A stretch of DNA of 64,000 bases, taken from contig JBNKOE010000005.1 in the NCBI GenBank assembly GCA_050294475.1, positions 11,176 through 75,175 on the forward strand, in the 5' to 3' direction. Of the stretch, positions 52,703 to 63,449 are shown piece after piece (positions within the stretch are counted from its first letter, which is position 1; the number at the start of each line of letters is the position of its first letter). A model generated the notes under the pieces. That model was not told where the DNA came from, did not search any database, and worked only from the letters and a program-made list of their open reading frames with translations. A program made the translations under genes and the position numbers. This stretch comes from Algibacter sp. Lineage in GTDB: Bacteria; Bacteroidota; Bacteroidia; Flavobacteriales; Flavobacteriaceae.

Positions 52703-54034
52703 ATGTCAAACACAAACCGATTCACAGAACAAAAAAACAACACACTAATCCCAATAATAATCATAGCTGGATTATTTTTTATATTCGGATTCGTAACTTG
52801 GATTAATGGTGCTTTAATTCCATTTATGAAAACTATAAGTGAATTAACTTCAGCGCAATCACTTTTAGTCGCGTCTGCGTCCTATATATCATTTGTTGTT
52901 ATGGCTTTACCAGCTTCTTATGTTTTGGAGAAAATTGGATATAGAAAAGGCATGTCGTTAGGATTATTCATTATGGGATTAGGAGCTTTAGTTTTTATTC
53001 CAGCTGCAGAAGCCCGAACATATTGGATGTTTTTAGGAGGTATTTTTATTCAGGGTGCAGGAATGACATTATTACAAACAGCTTCAAACCCATACATAAC
53101 TATTTTAGGTCCTATTGAAAGTGCTGCTAAACGCATTTCTATAATGGGTATTGCAAACAAAGTTGCAGGCGCCTTAGGCTCTCTTATTTTTGCTTCACTT
53201 TTATTATCAGGTATTGATGAAATTAATGAAAAACTAAAAACCGTTTCAGTTACCGAAAAAGCGCAATTATTAGATACGATGGCAGATAGCGTTGTAACAC
53301 CTTATATCGTTATGGCAATTGTTTTATTTGTATTAGGTATACTAATTAGAAAAGCACCGCTTCCACATGTAGAAGCAGTACCTATTGAAGAATCAAAAGA
53401 CGGAGTTACAACTAAAACCAGTATTTTTCAGTTTCCTCATTTATGGTTAGGTGTAATAACATTATTCATGTATGTTGGTGTAGAAGTTATTTCAGGAGAC
53501 ACCATTATAGCCTATGGGATTTCATTAGGAATTCCTTCTGCCGACGCCAAATTTTTCACCACCTTTACATTAATGGCTATGGTTGCTACCTATGCATTGG
53601 GAGCTATTTTAATACCAAAATTCATGAGTCAAACTACCGCTTTAAAATTAAGTGCTTCATTAGGTATTATATTATCTTTTTGTATTGTATTTACAACAGG
53701 ATTTACTTCTGTTTTATTTGTAGCTGCTTTAGGAATAGCAAATGCTTTGGTTTGGCCTGCCGTATGGCCTTTAACGTTAAAAGGTTTAGGTAAATTTACA
53801 AAAACAGCTTCAGCATTATTAATTATGGCTATTTCTGGCGGCGCGATTATTCCGCCTTTATACGGACGATTTGTTGACGGAAATAAAGCCGCATACATAG
53901 CTGAAGGGCTTAATGATGCTTTAGCTACAGCTACCGCGTCTACCAAAGGTTATTGGATTTTATTACCTTGTTACACTATTATACTTTATTACGCTATTGC
54001 TGGTCATAAATTAGGATTGAAAAAAGAGAAATAA
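52703..54034 (+). CDS. MFS sugar transporter, FucP/GluP family
   Basis: FFIFGFVTW.NG.LIP, LQTASNPY, YVGVEV, MAISGGAIIP. Confidence 0.9.
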   Translation: MSNTNRFTEQKNNTLIPIIIIAGLFFIFGFVTWINGALIPFMKTISELTSAQSLLVASASYISFVVMALPASYVLEKIGYRKGMSLGLFIMGLGALVFIPAAEARTYWMFLGGIFIQGAGMTLLQTASNPYITILGPIESAAKRISIMGIANKVAGALGSLIFASLLLSGIDEINEKLKTVSVTEKAQLLDTMADSVVTPYIVMAIVLFVLGILIRKAPLPHVEAVPIEESKDGVTTKTSIFQFPHLWLGVITLFMYVGVEVISGDTIIAYGISLGIPSADAKFFTTFTLMAMVATYALGAILIPKFMSQTTALKLSASLGIILSFCIVFTTGFTSVLFVAALGIANALVWPAVWPLTLKGLGKFTKTASALLIMAISGGAIIPPLYGRFVDGNKAAYIAEGLNDALATATASTKGYWILLPCYTIILYYAIAGHKLGLKKEK

Positions 54035-54130
54035 TATTATTTATAATAAATAATATAAATATTTCGAATATAGTATTTCACAGATTATATAAAATAAATT
54101 GTGCCAAGTATTTCAACTTTCTTACCTTAG

Positions 54131-54144
54131 TACAATCGATTGTA
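54131..54144. promoter_or_regulatory. Candidate LacI-family operator
   Basis: Perfect 14-bp palindrome TACAATCGATTGTA. Confidence 0.6.
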
Positions 54145-54159
54145 ATTAAATAAAAATCA

Positions 54160-54400
54160 ATGAAACTAAACTCAAAAAAACATTAAACCACTTATTATAC
54201 CTCACCATTTTTTCAATGACATTAAATTCATGTAAAGAAAATAAGAAAAATAGACGTATTAACATACCAAGTAAAAATATAGTTGTTGAAAATATTACAC
54301 TAACTAATGTTAATATTAAAGGTTGTAAAAACAGAATCATCAATAGAAAACTCAGAACCTATTGTGTTTTAAAACTCAACAATTATCGGAAAACAATATT
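54160..54400 (+). pseudogene. Internally deleted lipoprotein gene (possible pectin-active beta-helix enzyme remnant)
   Basis: ATG at 54160, frameshift in the A7 run, lipobox LNSC joined to KNIVVENITLTNVNIKG. Confidence 0.45.
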
Positions 54401-54426
54401 AAATCAACTTAATTTAGTAACACATT

Positions 54427-55422
54427 ATGAAAAAAATAGCAGTTTTATCAATTGTCCTTTTAAGCCTATTTTCTTGTAAAGAAAAAAAATCAGATACTAA
54501 TAACACAGCTGAAGTAAAACCCGTTAATAAAAGTTATGCTGAAATTTCTATTGCAGAAGGAGGAAAATGGATTGATGGCTCTAAAGGACATAAGGAATAT
54601 ATTGATGGTACATTTAAAAATGTAGAATCAGTTCAAGTTCCTGAAGAACATACCGACCATTCTTGGTTCATTCGGTATGAAGGTCCAGGTTGGGAAAGTA
54701 ACAAGATAGGGTATCGTTTATATTTAGACTGGAGAAATGCTATTGACATCTTTGGAAAAAAAGTAGATTCTTTAGTGTTGCCGTATGTTGGTCAAAAAGG
54801 ATTCGATTCTTATCATAACTCTGCTCCTTGGGGACAAGATATATTGAAAGCAGGAAAATCAATGGGAATTGGAGGTTATGGTCGTATAGTTGCCGATACT
54901 GTTGTACATTTTCAAAAAGTAAAAAACACGTTTGCTAGCATTGAAAACTCAGAAAACAGTTCTTCTGTAAATATTGAATACACAGGATGGAAATCTGGTA
55001 ATGAAAGCATCGATTTAACAACAAAACTTTCTATTTTTCCTGAAGTTAGGTTTACCAAAGCAGAACTAACACCTTCAAAAGAAATAACTGGGTTATGTAC
55101 AGGTATAGTAGACCATAACGTTGCTTTTCATAAAAAAGAAGGAGAAAAATGGGCCTACATAGCTACTTATGGTAAACAAACATTAACTAGTCCTCCTGAT
55201 AATTTAGGAATGGCTCTTTTCTATAAATTAGATGAAGTTGCCGAACAAAAGAAAGGAGATTATGAGCATTTAGTTATTTTCAAACCATCAAATAAGACCT
55301 TAACATATTACTTTTTAGGAGCTTGGGAACAAGAAAAAAATGGTATTAAAACAGAAAAAACTTTTATTGCAGACCTAAATAGTAAATTAGAGTCTTTAGA
55401 TCAAACGAATTCAATAAACTAA
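54427..55422 (+). CDS. DUF4861-like lipoprotein
   Basis: Lipobox LFSC, WESNKIGYRLY, IDIFGK, WG.DILKAG.S.G.GG. Confidence 0.8.
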   Translation: MKKIAVLSIVLLSLFSCKEKKSDTNNTAEVKPVNKSYAEISIAEGGKWIDGSKGHKEYIDGTFKNVESVQVPEEHTDHSWFIRYEGPGWESNKIGYRLYLDWRNAIDIFGKKVDSLVLPYVGQKGFDSYHNSAPWGQDILKAGKSMGIGGYGRIVADTVVHFQKVKNTFASIENSENSSSVNIEYTGWKSGNESIDLTTKLSIFPEVRFTKAELTPSKEITGLCTGIVDHNVAFHKKEGEKWAYIATYGKQTLTSPPDNLGMALFYKLDEVAEQKKGDYEHLVIFKPSNKTLTYYFLGAWEQEKNGIKTEKTFIADLNSKLESLDQTNSIN

Positions 55423-55521
55423 TATAAAATAAAAAACACCACAAAATATAATCGACTAAACATATTACAAAACAAGCATAATATCCCTTGTTTTTTACGC
55501 ATTTTTATACCGACAGAAACA

Positions 55522-55549
55522 AAAAACCAAGCACTAAGGCTTGGTTTTT
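55522..55549. terminator. Bidirectional intrinsic terminator
   Basis: AAAAACCAAGC-ACTAAG-GCTTGGTTTTT. Confidence 0.8.
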
Positions 55550-55572
55550 AAATAGTTTTAAAATAAATATTA

Positions 55573-57183
55573 TTATAATGACACACCTCGTCTCCAAGGA
55601 ATAAAATCATTTTGATTTAATAATTTTGCTTTAGTTTGAATATTGCCACTTGCAACTTTAATTATAAATTCTAACATCTCATCTGCCATTTCATCAATGG
55701 TTTTCTCTCCACGAATAACAGCACCTGTCTCAATATCTATAATATCAGACATTTTAATTGCCATTTCTGTATTTGAAGACACTTTAATAATAGGTGCAAT
55801 AGGGTTACCTGTTGGTGTTCCTAAACCTGTTGTAAATAACACAATATTTGCTCCAGAACCAACTAAACCAGTTGTGCTTTCTACATCATTTCCTGGTGTG
55901 CACAATAAATTTAAACCTGGCTTACTAATATATTCACCATAATCTAAAACAGCTTTAACAGGAGAAGTTCCTCCTTTTTTAGCTGCACCAGCCGATTTCA
56001 TTGCATCGGTAATTAAACCGTCTTTAATGTTTCCTGGAGAAGGATTCATATCAAATCCTGAACCAGCAGCAACAACAGACTTTTCGTAAACTTTCATTAA
56101 TTTTAAAAACTTCTCACCATCTGCATCGTCAACACATCTATTTACTAATTCTTGCTCAACGCCACATAGTTCTGGAAACTCAGCTAAAACAGCTGTACCA
56201 CCTAAAGTTACTAACAAATCTGAAACCGCACCTAAAGTAGGATTTGCAGAAATACCAGAAAAACCATCAGATCCACCACATTCTAAACCTACTTTAAGTT
56301 TAGACAAAGGTGCAGGCTTACGTTCTGCTTTATTAGCTTCTTTAATAGCTGCAAAAGAATCTTTTACAACCACTGTTAACATTTCATCAACCGTACCCAT
56401 TTGTTGTTGCTCATAAATAAGGACTGGCTTTTTTAAGTTTGGATTAATAGCATTAAGCGCATCTTTAAAAACGCTTATTTGAAGATTTTGACAACCTAAA
56501 CTCAACACTGTTACTCCAGCAACATTTGGATTATGTACATAGCCAGCTAATAACTTTGCTAAACTCTCAGAATCTTGTCTGATAGCTCCACAACCACCTG
56601 GATGTGTAATAAATTTTACATCAATATTATCAAATACTTTTTCAGGTTTTTTTTCGGCTAAAGCTTCCTGTGTATCACCACTTATTAATGAACGAAGTAA
56701 TAATTGTTGTGAAGTTTCTTTTTCTTTTAAAAGCTCTTTTTCAAAAATATCTTTTAAAATCTCTATATTTCTATTTTCACAAAATACTAAAGGAAAAAAC
56801 AACCACACATTTTCTGTTCCTACCTGCCCATCTTCTCTATGGTAACCATTAAAAGTTCTCCCTTTCCACTTTTCAACATTAGGAGCTGTCCAAGTAAATG
56901 TTTCTGTTCTACCAAAAACCTTTTCACTTTGGTGCTTAACATTTTCTGTAGTTAAAACATCGCCCTTTTTAATAACACCATTTGCAGATCCTACAAGAAC
57001 ACCATACATAATAATTCTATCTCCAGATTCAAATTTTTCTAAAGCTATTTTGTGCTTTGATTTTACGTCTGAAAGAATTTTTATGTCTTCGCCTTCAAAA
57101 GGAATAACATCTCCTGCTTTTAAATTTATTAAAGCAACAGCAACATTATCGGTTGCATTTACTTTTATGATCTTGTTTTGCAT
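55573..57183 (-). CDS. uxaA: Altronate dehydratase
   Basis: SAF domain HKIAL..MYG, GYHREDGQVGTEN, GLECGGSDGFSGISANP, FTTGLGTPTG. Confidence 0.93.
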   Translation of the reverse strand: MQNKIIKVNATDNVAVALINLKAGDVIPFEGEDIKILSDVKSKHKIALEKFESGDRIIMYGVLVGSANGVIKKGDVLTTENVKHQSEKVFGRTETFTWTAPNVEKWKGRTFNGYHREDGQVGTENVWLFFPLVFCENRNIEILKDIFEKELLKEKETSQQLLLRSLISGDTQEALAEKKPEKVFDNIDVKFITHPGGCGAIRQDSESLAKLLAGYVHNPNVAGVTVLSLGCQNLQISVFKDALNAINPNLKKPVLIYEQQQMGTVDEMLTVVVKDSFAAIKEANKAERKPAPLSKLKVGLECGGSDGFSGISANPTLGAVSDLLVTLGGTAVLAEFPELCGVEQELVNRCVDDADGEKFLKLMKVYEKSVVAAGSGFDMNPSPGNIKDGLITDAMKSAGAAKKGGTSPVKAVLDYGEYISKPGLNLLCTPGNDVESTTGLVGSGANIVLFTTGLGTPTGNPIAPIIKVSSNTEMAIKMSDIIDIETGAVIRGEKTIDEMADEMLEFIIKVASGNIQTKAKLLNQNDFIPWRRGVSL

Positions 57184-57203
57184 CTTAATAATTAATTTAT
57201 AAA

Positions 57204-58652
57204 CTAATACGTTTTACTATAATTAGCAAAACCTACTTCAATTCCGTTAGTATCAATTTCTTTTAAAGCTAACGTTACAGCTTCAGATAAATTTTTAACT
57301 TTCGTTAAATCTTCACCCCAATATTCTTCATTGCTTAATACTGCATTTACTATTTCTGAATAATCATTAGATTCCCAAATTTTAGCAAAATTAGCGATAA
57401 TATCTGTACTATCATTAATAGGTAAATCTTCACCATTCCAAGAACCTCCTTTGTAAAAACGAATTAGAGCAGCAAATGCAAACGTTAAATTAGTTGGTAC
57501 TTTATTATGAATAGTTACATATTCTAATAAACTAGGAAGTACTCTAACTTTAAATTTAGATACTGTATTTAAAGCAATACTTGATAAATTGTGAATAATA
57601 AATGGATTTCTAAAACGGTCAAAAACCTCATCAGCAAAACTGTTTAACTCGTCTCTATCCATATCTAGAGTATCAATAATCTCGTTGAAAACTGCTTTTT
57701 GAATAAATGGTCCTGTAAATGAATCATCAACCGATTCTTTTACAGTTTTATTTCCGTAAAGAATTGAAAATGGCACCATAGCTGTATGCGCACCATTTAA
57801 AATACGCACTTTTCTGGTTCTGTAAGGTTGCATATCATCAACAATCTTAACATCCAACTTTGTTTTGTCGAATGGTAATTTCGCTTTTAACTCGTCTCCA
57901 CCTTCAATAACCCATAATAAAAAGGCTTCAGCTGCAACAATTAAATTATCTGAATAATCTAACTGTGCGTTGTAAGCTTCAATTTCATCTTTTGGATATC
58001 CTGGTACAATTCTATCGACTAATGTACTGTGGAACGAGTTACTTTCTAATATCCAAGTTTTGAAGCCTTCTCCTAAATTCCAATCTGCTATATACTTTAA
58101 GATAATTTCTTTTAAAGTTTCAGAATTATGATTAATGAGTTCACAAGGAATTATTGTTAAACCTTTACTTGAATCACCATTAAAATGCTTAAATCTTTCG
58201 TGTAAAAGCACCGTTAATTTAGCTGGAAATGAACTTGGTGGTTGCATTTCCGCAGTGTCAGATTCAACATAAGCAATACCTGCTTCAGTGGTGTTAGAAA
58301 TAATAAATTCTAAAGATTCTTCTTTTGCTAAACTTAAATAATCATTAAAATTAGCATAAGGATCTACACCTTTCACAATATTAGAAATAAGTTCGATATC
58401 TTGAATTTCTTGACCTTTCTTAACACCTTTCATAAACAAAGTGTACAATCCGTCTTGATTGTTCAGTATTTTAACCAAACCATTATCTATTGGCTGTACA
58501 ACAGCTATTCCAGCATTAAAGTCTACTGCTTTATTCAGTTCTTGAAACGCATAACCTATAAAGGCTCTTAAGAAGTTACCTTCTCCAAATTGCACAATTT
58601 TGATTGGAAGTTTCTCTTCTAATCCAACATTTACTCTGTTTAATTTTTTCAT
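57204..58652 (-). CDS. uxaB: Tagaturonate (altronate) reductase
   Basis: QFGEGNFLRAF, SNTTEAGI, PCELI, TLVDRIVPG, KVRILNGAHT, RFRNPF. Confidence 0.94.
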   Translation of the reverse strand: MKKLNRVNVGLEEKLPIKIVQFGEGNFLRAFIGYAFQELNKAVDFNAGIAVVQPIDNGLVKILNNQDGLYTLFMKGVKKGQEIQDIELISNIVKGVDPYANFNDYLSLAKEESLEFIISNTTEAGIAYVESDTAEMQPPSSFPAKLTVLLHERFKHFNGDSSKGLTIIPCELINHNSETLKEIILKYIADWNLGEGFKTWILESNSFHSTLVDRIVPGYPKDEIEAYNAQLDYSDNLIVAAEAFLLWVIEGGDELKAKLPFDKTKLDVKIVDDMQPYRTRKVRILNGAHTAMVPFSILYGNKTVKESVDDSFTGPFIQKAVFNEIIDTLDMDRDELNSFADEVFDRFRNPFIIHNLSSIALNTVSKFKVRVLPSLLEYVTIHNKVPTNLTFAFAALIRFYKGGSWNGEDLPINDSTDIIANFAKIWESNDYSEIVNAVLSNEEYWGEDLTKVKNLSEAVTLALKEIDTNGIEVGFANYSKTY

Positions 58653-58675
58653 TATAATTTATAATTGAATACTTT

Positions 58676-59980
58676 TTATTCTATTAATCCAAAAACTCTA
58701 GGAAGCCATAAACTTAACTCTGGCAAATAAGTAACTAAAAACAATACCAGTATCATGGCTAAAAACAAAGGCATAAGTGGTTTAATTACTTTTCCAATGG
58801 TTGTATTAGCAACTCCTACACCTACAAACAAAACAGACCCTACTGGTGGCGTACATAAGCCTATACAAAGGTTTAATACCATAATAATTCCGAAGTGGAT
58901 AGGATCCATACCTAGTTTTTGCACTACTGGTAAAAATATTGGTGTGAAAATTAATACAGCAGGCGTCATATCCATAAAAACACCAACAAATAATAATAAC
59001 AAATTGATGATTAATAATATGATGATTTTATTATCACTAATTCCTAGTAACGCTGTACTAATATCTTGAGGAATATTTTCATAAGACATTACCCAAGACA
59101 TACTCATAGATGCTCCAATTAACAACATAACAATAGCTGTTGTTGCTGAAGAATCTAATAAAATTTCTGGTAACGATTTGAATGATATTTCTTTATACAC
59201 AAAACCTAAAATTAGCGTATATAATACTGCAATTGCCGAAGCTTCAGTTGCTGTAAAAATTCCTGTTACTATACCACCAATTACAACTACTAACAAAAAC
59301 AAACTTGGTACAGCAGCAATAAACGTTTTAAACACCTCTTTTAATGAGCTTCTTTCACCTAACTTGTATTTTTTCTTTTTTGCCCAAAACATGGCAACAA
59401 TCATTAAAAATAATCCAGTTAAAATACCAGGAATATATCCTGCCAAAAATAAAGCTGCAATTGAAACACCTCCACTAGCAAGTGAATAAACTATAAGCAC
59501 ATTACTTGGTGGAATAACTAATCCTGTAGTTGCAGATGCAATATTTACAGCAGCTCCAAACTCTTTTGAGTAACCTTCTTTTTCCATTTCTGGTCCTAAA
59601 ATACTTCCCATAGCTGAAGCTGATGCCATAGCTGAACCTGCGATTGCTCCCATTAACATAGCACCAATAACATTTATTAATGCTAAACCTCCAGGAAGAG
59701 AACCTACTAATGTTTTTGCAAAAGCAATAAGTCTATGTGCAATACCGCCTTTATTCATTAATTGTCCAGAGAGGACGAAAAAGGGTATGGCGAGTAAAGC
59801 AAAACTATCTAGCCCTGTTCCCATTCGCTGAGATACCGTAGTAAAAGCAGCTATTGGAGAAATACTTACCATCATGGTTAACATTGCTGAAATAGCTATA
59901 CTCCAAGCTACTGGTGTGCCAATAGATAAAAGAAATAAAAAGCTAAATACTAATACAAGAATTGGTATATATTCCATCAT
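58676..59980 (-). CDS. TRAP transporter large permease (DctM)
   Basis: LLAIPFFVLSG, IPPS, GLCTPPVG; multiple TM helices. Confidence 0.93.
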   Translation of the reverse strand: MMEYIPILVLVFSFLFLLSIGTPVAWSIAISAMLTMMVSISPIAAFTTVSQRMGTGLDSFALLAIPFFVLSGQLMNKGGIAHRLIAFAKTLVGSLPGGLALINVIGAMLMGAIAGSAMASASAMGSILGPEMEKEGYSKEFGAAVNIASATTGLVIPPSNVLIVYSLASGGVSIAALFLAGYIPGILTGLFLMIVAMFWAKKKKYKLGERSSLKEVFKTFIAAVPSLFLLVVVIGGIVTGIFTATEASAIAVLYTLILGFVYKEISFKSLPEILLDSSATTAIVMLLIGASMSMSWVMSYENIPQDISTALLGISDNKIIILLIINLLLLFVGVFMDMTPAVLIFTPIFLPVVQKLGMDPIHFGIIMVLNLCIGLCTPPVGSVLFVGVGVANTTIGKVIKPLMPLFLAMILVLFLVTYLPELSLWLPRVFGLIE

Positions 59981-59982
59981 AA

Positions 59983-60441
59983 CTATTTTTTTAAAAGATC
60001 TGAAGTTTTGTAATAAATTATTAGAATGCCGCTAATAGGAATTACCATATAAACAAATGCTAATGGTATTTGTAATGCTGGAGAGCTTTGACCAAGTAAA
60101 TAGCTAATATATACTAACCTAGATCCGCCAATAACTAAAGCTGTTATAGAAAATAAAATAATAATAATATAAACTACTCGCATTATTCTTTTTTGATTTT
60201 CAGGGCTTGCTCTTTTTGGTAGAACGTCTATAGCAACATGCATATTCCTACCAGACACATAAGCTGCACCTAGGATCCCTATCCAAATCATTAAATATCT
60301 TGCCAACTCATCGGTGAATGAACTTGGCACACCTACTACAAACCTTGTAAATACTTGCCAGAGTACGTTCACTACCATAATACCCATAATAATAATGAGA
60401 ACATTACTTAGAATTTTATCAATCTTTTCTCGAAGCTTCAT
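59983..60441 (-). CDS. TRAP transporter small permease (DctQ)
   Basis: WQVFTRF, ELARYL.IW, HVAID. Confidence 0.92.
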   Translation of the reverse strand: MKLREKIDKILSNVLIIIMGIMVVNVLWQVFTRFVVGVPSSFTDELARYLMIWIGILGAAYVSGRNMHVAIDVLPKRASPENQKRIMRVVYIIIILFSITALVIGGSRLVYISYLLGQSSPALQIPLAFVYMVIPISGILIIYYKTSDLLKK

Positions 60442-60532
60442 GTGTTTTTAATATTTTGTTTAGTGGTTACCTATTTTATCTGTTTAACAATTACTATAGG
60501 TTAATTATTCTGAGAATAATGCTTTTTAAGTA

Positions 60533-61507
60533 TTATTTTGTTTCTATAATTTGTTTTATTAATCGATTTATTACAGGATCATTTTTATAACCATCATAAA
60601 TACTTTCTACTTTACTTTGAAATACTGCTTTGTCTGGTCTAATGATTGTTACACCTGCTTTTTCTACTTCGCGAAGTGCTTCTTCTTCTGCTTCTAGCCA
60701 CAATTTACGTTGATAAATAACAGACTTATCGACAGATGCTTGCAACCATTCTTGTTCTTGTTTGGTTAATTTATTCCAAGTTTGTGTTCCAATAACTAAT
60801 ACATCTGGCAGAACAGTATGTTCATCTAACGAATAGTACTTACATACTTCATAATGACGTGATAAATAAAAACTAGGCGGATTATTTTCGGCGCCATCTA
60901 CAACACCCTGTTGTAAAGACGTATATAATTCACCCCAAGAAATTGGTGTTGCAGAACCTCCTAAAGCCTTAACCATATCTATAGCTGTTACACTTTCCAT
61001 TACCCTAACTTTTAATCCTTTTAAATCGCTTGGAGTATTAATTGGCTTATCTTTAGTATAAAAACTTCTACTTCCTGCATCATAATATGCTAATCCTTTT
61101 AACCAATATTGCTCGCCATCATCAAGTATTTCTTTACCAACAGCACTATCTAAAACATCAAACGAATGCTGTCTATCACGAAACAAAAAAGGAACTCCAA
61201 AAACCTTCATTTTTGGCGCAAAATTTTCCATAACACCTACAGATACTTTAGTCATATCTAAACTTCCAATTTGCAGAAGTTCTAAACACTCGCGCTCGCT
61301 ACCTAATTGCTGACTTGGGTAAATTTGAAGTTTCATTTTTCCACCAGATCTTTTTTCTAGATCTTTACCCAATTCAACCATAGCCTTATGCACCGAATGG
61401 TTAACATCTAGACCATGAGCTATTTTAATGGTTTTTACTTTATTAGCTTCGCTACACCCTACCAAAACTATAGCAAGTAAAAGCGTTATAAATTTAATTT
61501 TTTGCAT
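60533..61507 (-). CDS. TRAP transporter substrate-binding protein (DctP)
   Basis: QIYPSQQLGSE, DLKGLKVRV, ELYTSLQQGVVDGAEN. Confidence 0.94.
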   Translation of the reverse strand: MQKIKFITLLLAIVLVGCSEANKVKTIKIAHGLDVNHSVHKAMVELGKDLEKRSGGKMKLQIYPSQQLGSERECLELLQIGSLDMTKVSVGVMENFAPKMKVFGVPFLFRDRQHSFDVLDSAVGKEILDDGEQYWLKGLAYYDAGSRSFYTKDKPINTPSDLKGLKVRVMESVTAIDMVKALGGSATPISWGELYTSLQQGVVDGAENNPPSFYLSRHYEVCKYYSLDEHTVLPDVLVIGTQTWNKLTKQEQEWLQASVDKSVIYQRKLWLEAEEEALREVEKAGVTIIRPDKAVFQSKVESIYDGYKNDPVINRLIKQIIETK

Positions 61508-61570
61508 TTTTTATATTGTTAATATTATGTAGGGTTTTAGTTATTTTGTGCTTAAAACAAAACTATCTAT

Positions 61571-62971
61571 TTAAATTTTAAAATATTCCTTAGCGTTAAA
61601 ATAACTAATATCAGAAACCATTTTACCTATCCATTCCATATCATTTGGTAATTCACCTCTTTTTATTTCATCTCCTAAAAGATTACAAAGAATACGTCTA
61701 AAATATTCATGTCTTGGGAATGACAAGAAACTTCTAGAATCTGTTAACATACCAATAAAACAGCTAATTAAACCCATATTTGAAAGCGCATTTAATTGTT
61801 TTATCATACCGTCTTTTTGATCTAAGAACCACCAACCTGAACCAAACTGAACTTTACCTTTTACACTACCGTCGTTAAAATTACCAATCATGGTAGCCAT
61901 AACTTCATTATCGGCAGGATTTAAGTTATAAATAATGGTTTTTGTTAATTTATCTTTGCTATCTAGCGCATTTAAAAATGCAGATAATTTTTGTGCTTGT
62001 GGATAATCGCCTATAGAATCCCATCCTGTATCAGGACCTAAAACATCTAACATTCTTTTGTTATTATTTCTTAAAGCCCCTAAATGATATTGTTGTACCC
62101 ATCCGTATTCATGATACGTTTCTGCTAAAAATAATAAAATAGCACTTTGGAATTTTAAGACTTCTTCTAATGTAATATTTTGATTTTCTCTTTTCTTTTT
62201 GAAAATTGATTTCACTTCAGCTTCTGTGAATTTTTCAAAATAAATTTGGTCTAAACCATGATCGCAAACGCTACATCCGTTTTTATCAAAAAAGTCTATT
62301 CTACTTTTTAATGCATCACATAATTCATCATATGTATTAATAGATGTTCCTACAACACTTGCTAAAGAATCTACATAATTGTTATAACCTTCATTAGAAA
62401 TCAAAATGGCTTTATCTGGTCTAAATGAAGTTCCTACTTTAATATCTATGTTATTTTTAATAATCTGTTGATGATATTCTAAAGTATCAGTAGGGTCTTC
62501 AGTAGTACAAACATATTCTGCATTAACTTTGCGAAGCAAATTTTGAGTACTGTACTCTTTAGTGTTAACTTTAGCTGATACTTCTTCATAAATTTTCTCT
62601 GCAGATTTTTCATTTAACAAATCATACACATCAAAATAACGAGCTAACTCTAAATGTGTCCAATGATATAAAGGATTACGCATTGTGTAAGGTACCGTTT
62701 TTGCCCAATTTAAAAACTTATCCTTATCAGAAGCTTCACCAGTAATAAAATTTTCATTAATACCCAAAGTACGCATGGCACGCCATTTGTAATGATCACC
62801 ATTTATCCATACTTGTGTAATATTGTCGAATATTTTATCCTCTGAAATTAACTGTGGTGACAAATGATTATGATAATCTATAATTGGCTGATTTTTAGAA
62901 TAATTATGATATAACTCTTCAGCGTATTTGTTTTCTAAAAGAAAATTGTCGGTAATAAAATTTTTGCTCAT
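61571..62971 (-). CDS. uxaC: Uronate isomerase
   Basis: IIDYHNHL, GDHYKWRAMR, NPLYHWTHLEL, GSGWWF, TDSRSFLS..RHEYFRR. Confidence 0.96.
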   Translation of the reverse strand: MSKNFITDNFLLENKYAEELYHNYSKNQPIIDYHNHLSPQLISEDKIFDNITQVWINGDHYKWRAMRTLGINENFITGEASDKDKFLNWAKTVPYTMRNPLYHWTHLELARYFDVYDLLNEKSAEKIYEEVSAKVNTKEYSTQNLLRKVNAEYVCTTEDPTDTLEYHQQIIKNNIDIKVGTSFRPDKAILISNEGYNNYVDSLASVVGTSINTYDELCDALKSRIDFFDKNGCSVCDHGLDQIYFEKFTEAEVKSIFKKKRENQNITLEEVLKFQSAILLFLAETYHEYGWVQQYHLGALRNNNKRMLDVLGPDTGWDSIGDYPQAQKLSAFLNALDSKDKLTKTIIYNLNPADNEVMATMIGNFNDGSVKGKVQFGSGWWFLDQKDGMIKQLNALSNMGLISCFIGMLTDSRSFLSFPRHEYFRRILCNLLGDEIKRGELPNDMEWIGKMVSDISYFNAKEYFKI

Positions 62972-63035
62972 TTTAAGCTTATTATCTTTAATTTATTTTT
63001 GTGGTTTATCTAAAATATTTGACAGAAACTATAAA

Positions 63036-63051
63036 TTGTAATCGATTACAA
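63036..63051. promoter_or_regulatory. Candidate LacI-family operator upstream of uxaC
   Basis: Perfect 16-bp palindrome TTGTAATCGATTACAA, fits TGnAAnCGnTTnCA. Confidence 0.72.
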
Positions 63052-63449
63052 AAAAGAAAGGAGTATATTAAAAAGCACATATCTTTTCTAAGATTTAATC
63101 TTGTAAGTTTTCAATTTTGAAACATTTTAAACCGAGTAAATATATATAATATAAATGCATAAGCAAAGTGGATAACAAAAAAAAAGCGATATTTCTATCC
63201 TACCAATTTAATTTGAAATTTCCAGTTTTTAACCCATTACCTGTAACTGGTAATTTAATAGTTCCTATTTCATTTAAAGGTTAAACTATCACATAAATAT
63301 TGTAGACAGAACACATCATGCCATAGTTGAAACTGAGTGTTTTTTAACAAGATATTTATTGTTTAACTATTTAAATTTCATTTTCTAATTTACTCTACCA
63401 CCTTCAAATTTTTTCACTACGTGGAATTATCCAATGACCCTGTGTATAA

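Noticed and set aside
378-59489. Numerous 60-140 aa ORFs antisense to or overlapping long genes (e.g. 5498-5875, 47540-47965, 53443-53793, 55643-55942)
   Set aside because: They are shadow frames of well-supported genes and show no recognisable motifs.
63200-63360. Short minus-strand reading-frame fragment upstream of the recombinase remnant
   Set aside because: Interrupted, with no start codon and no recognisable family. It may be junction debris but is not the missing integrase N-terminus.
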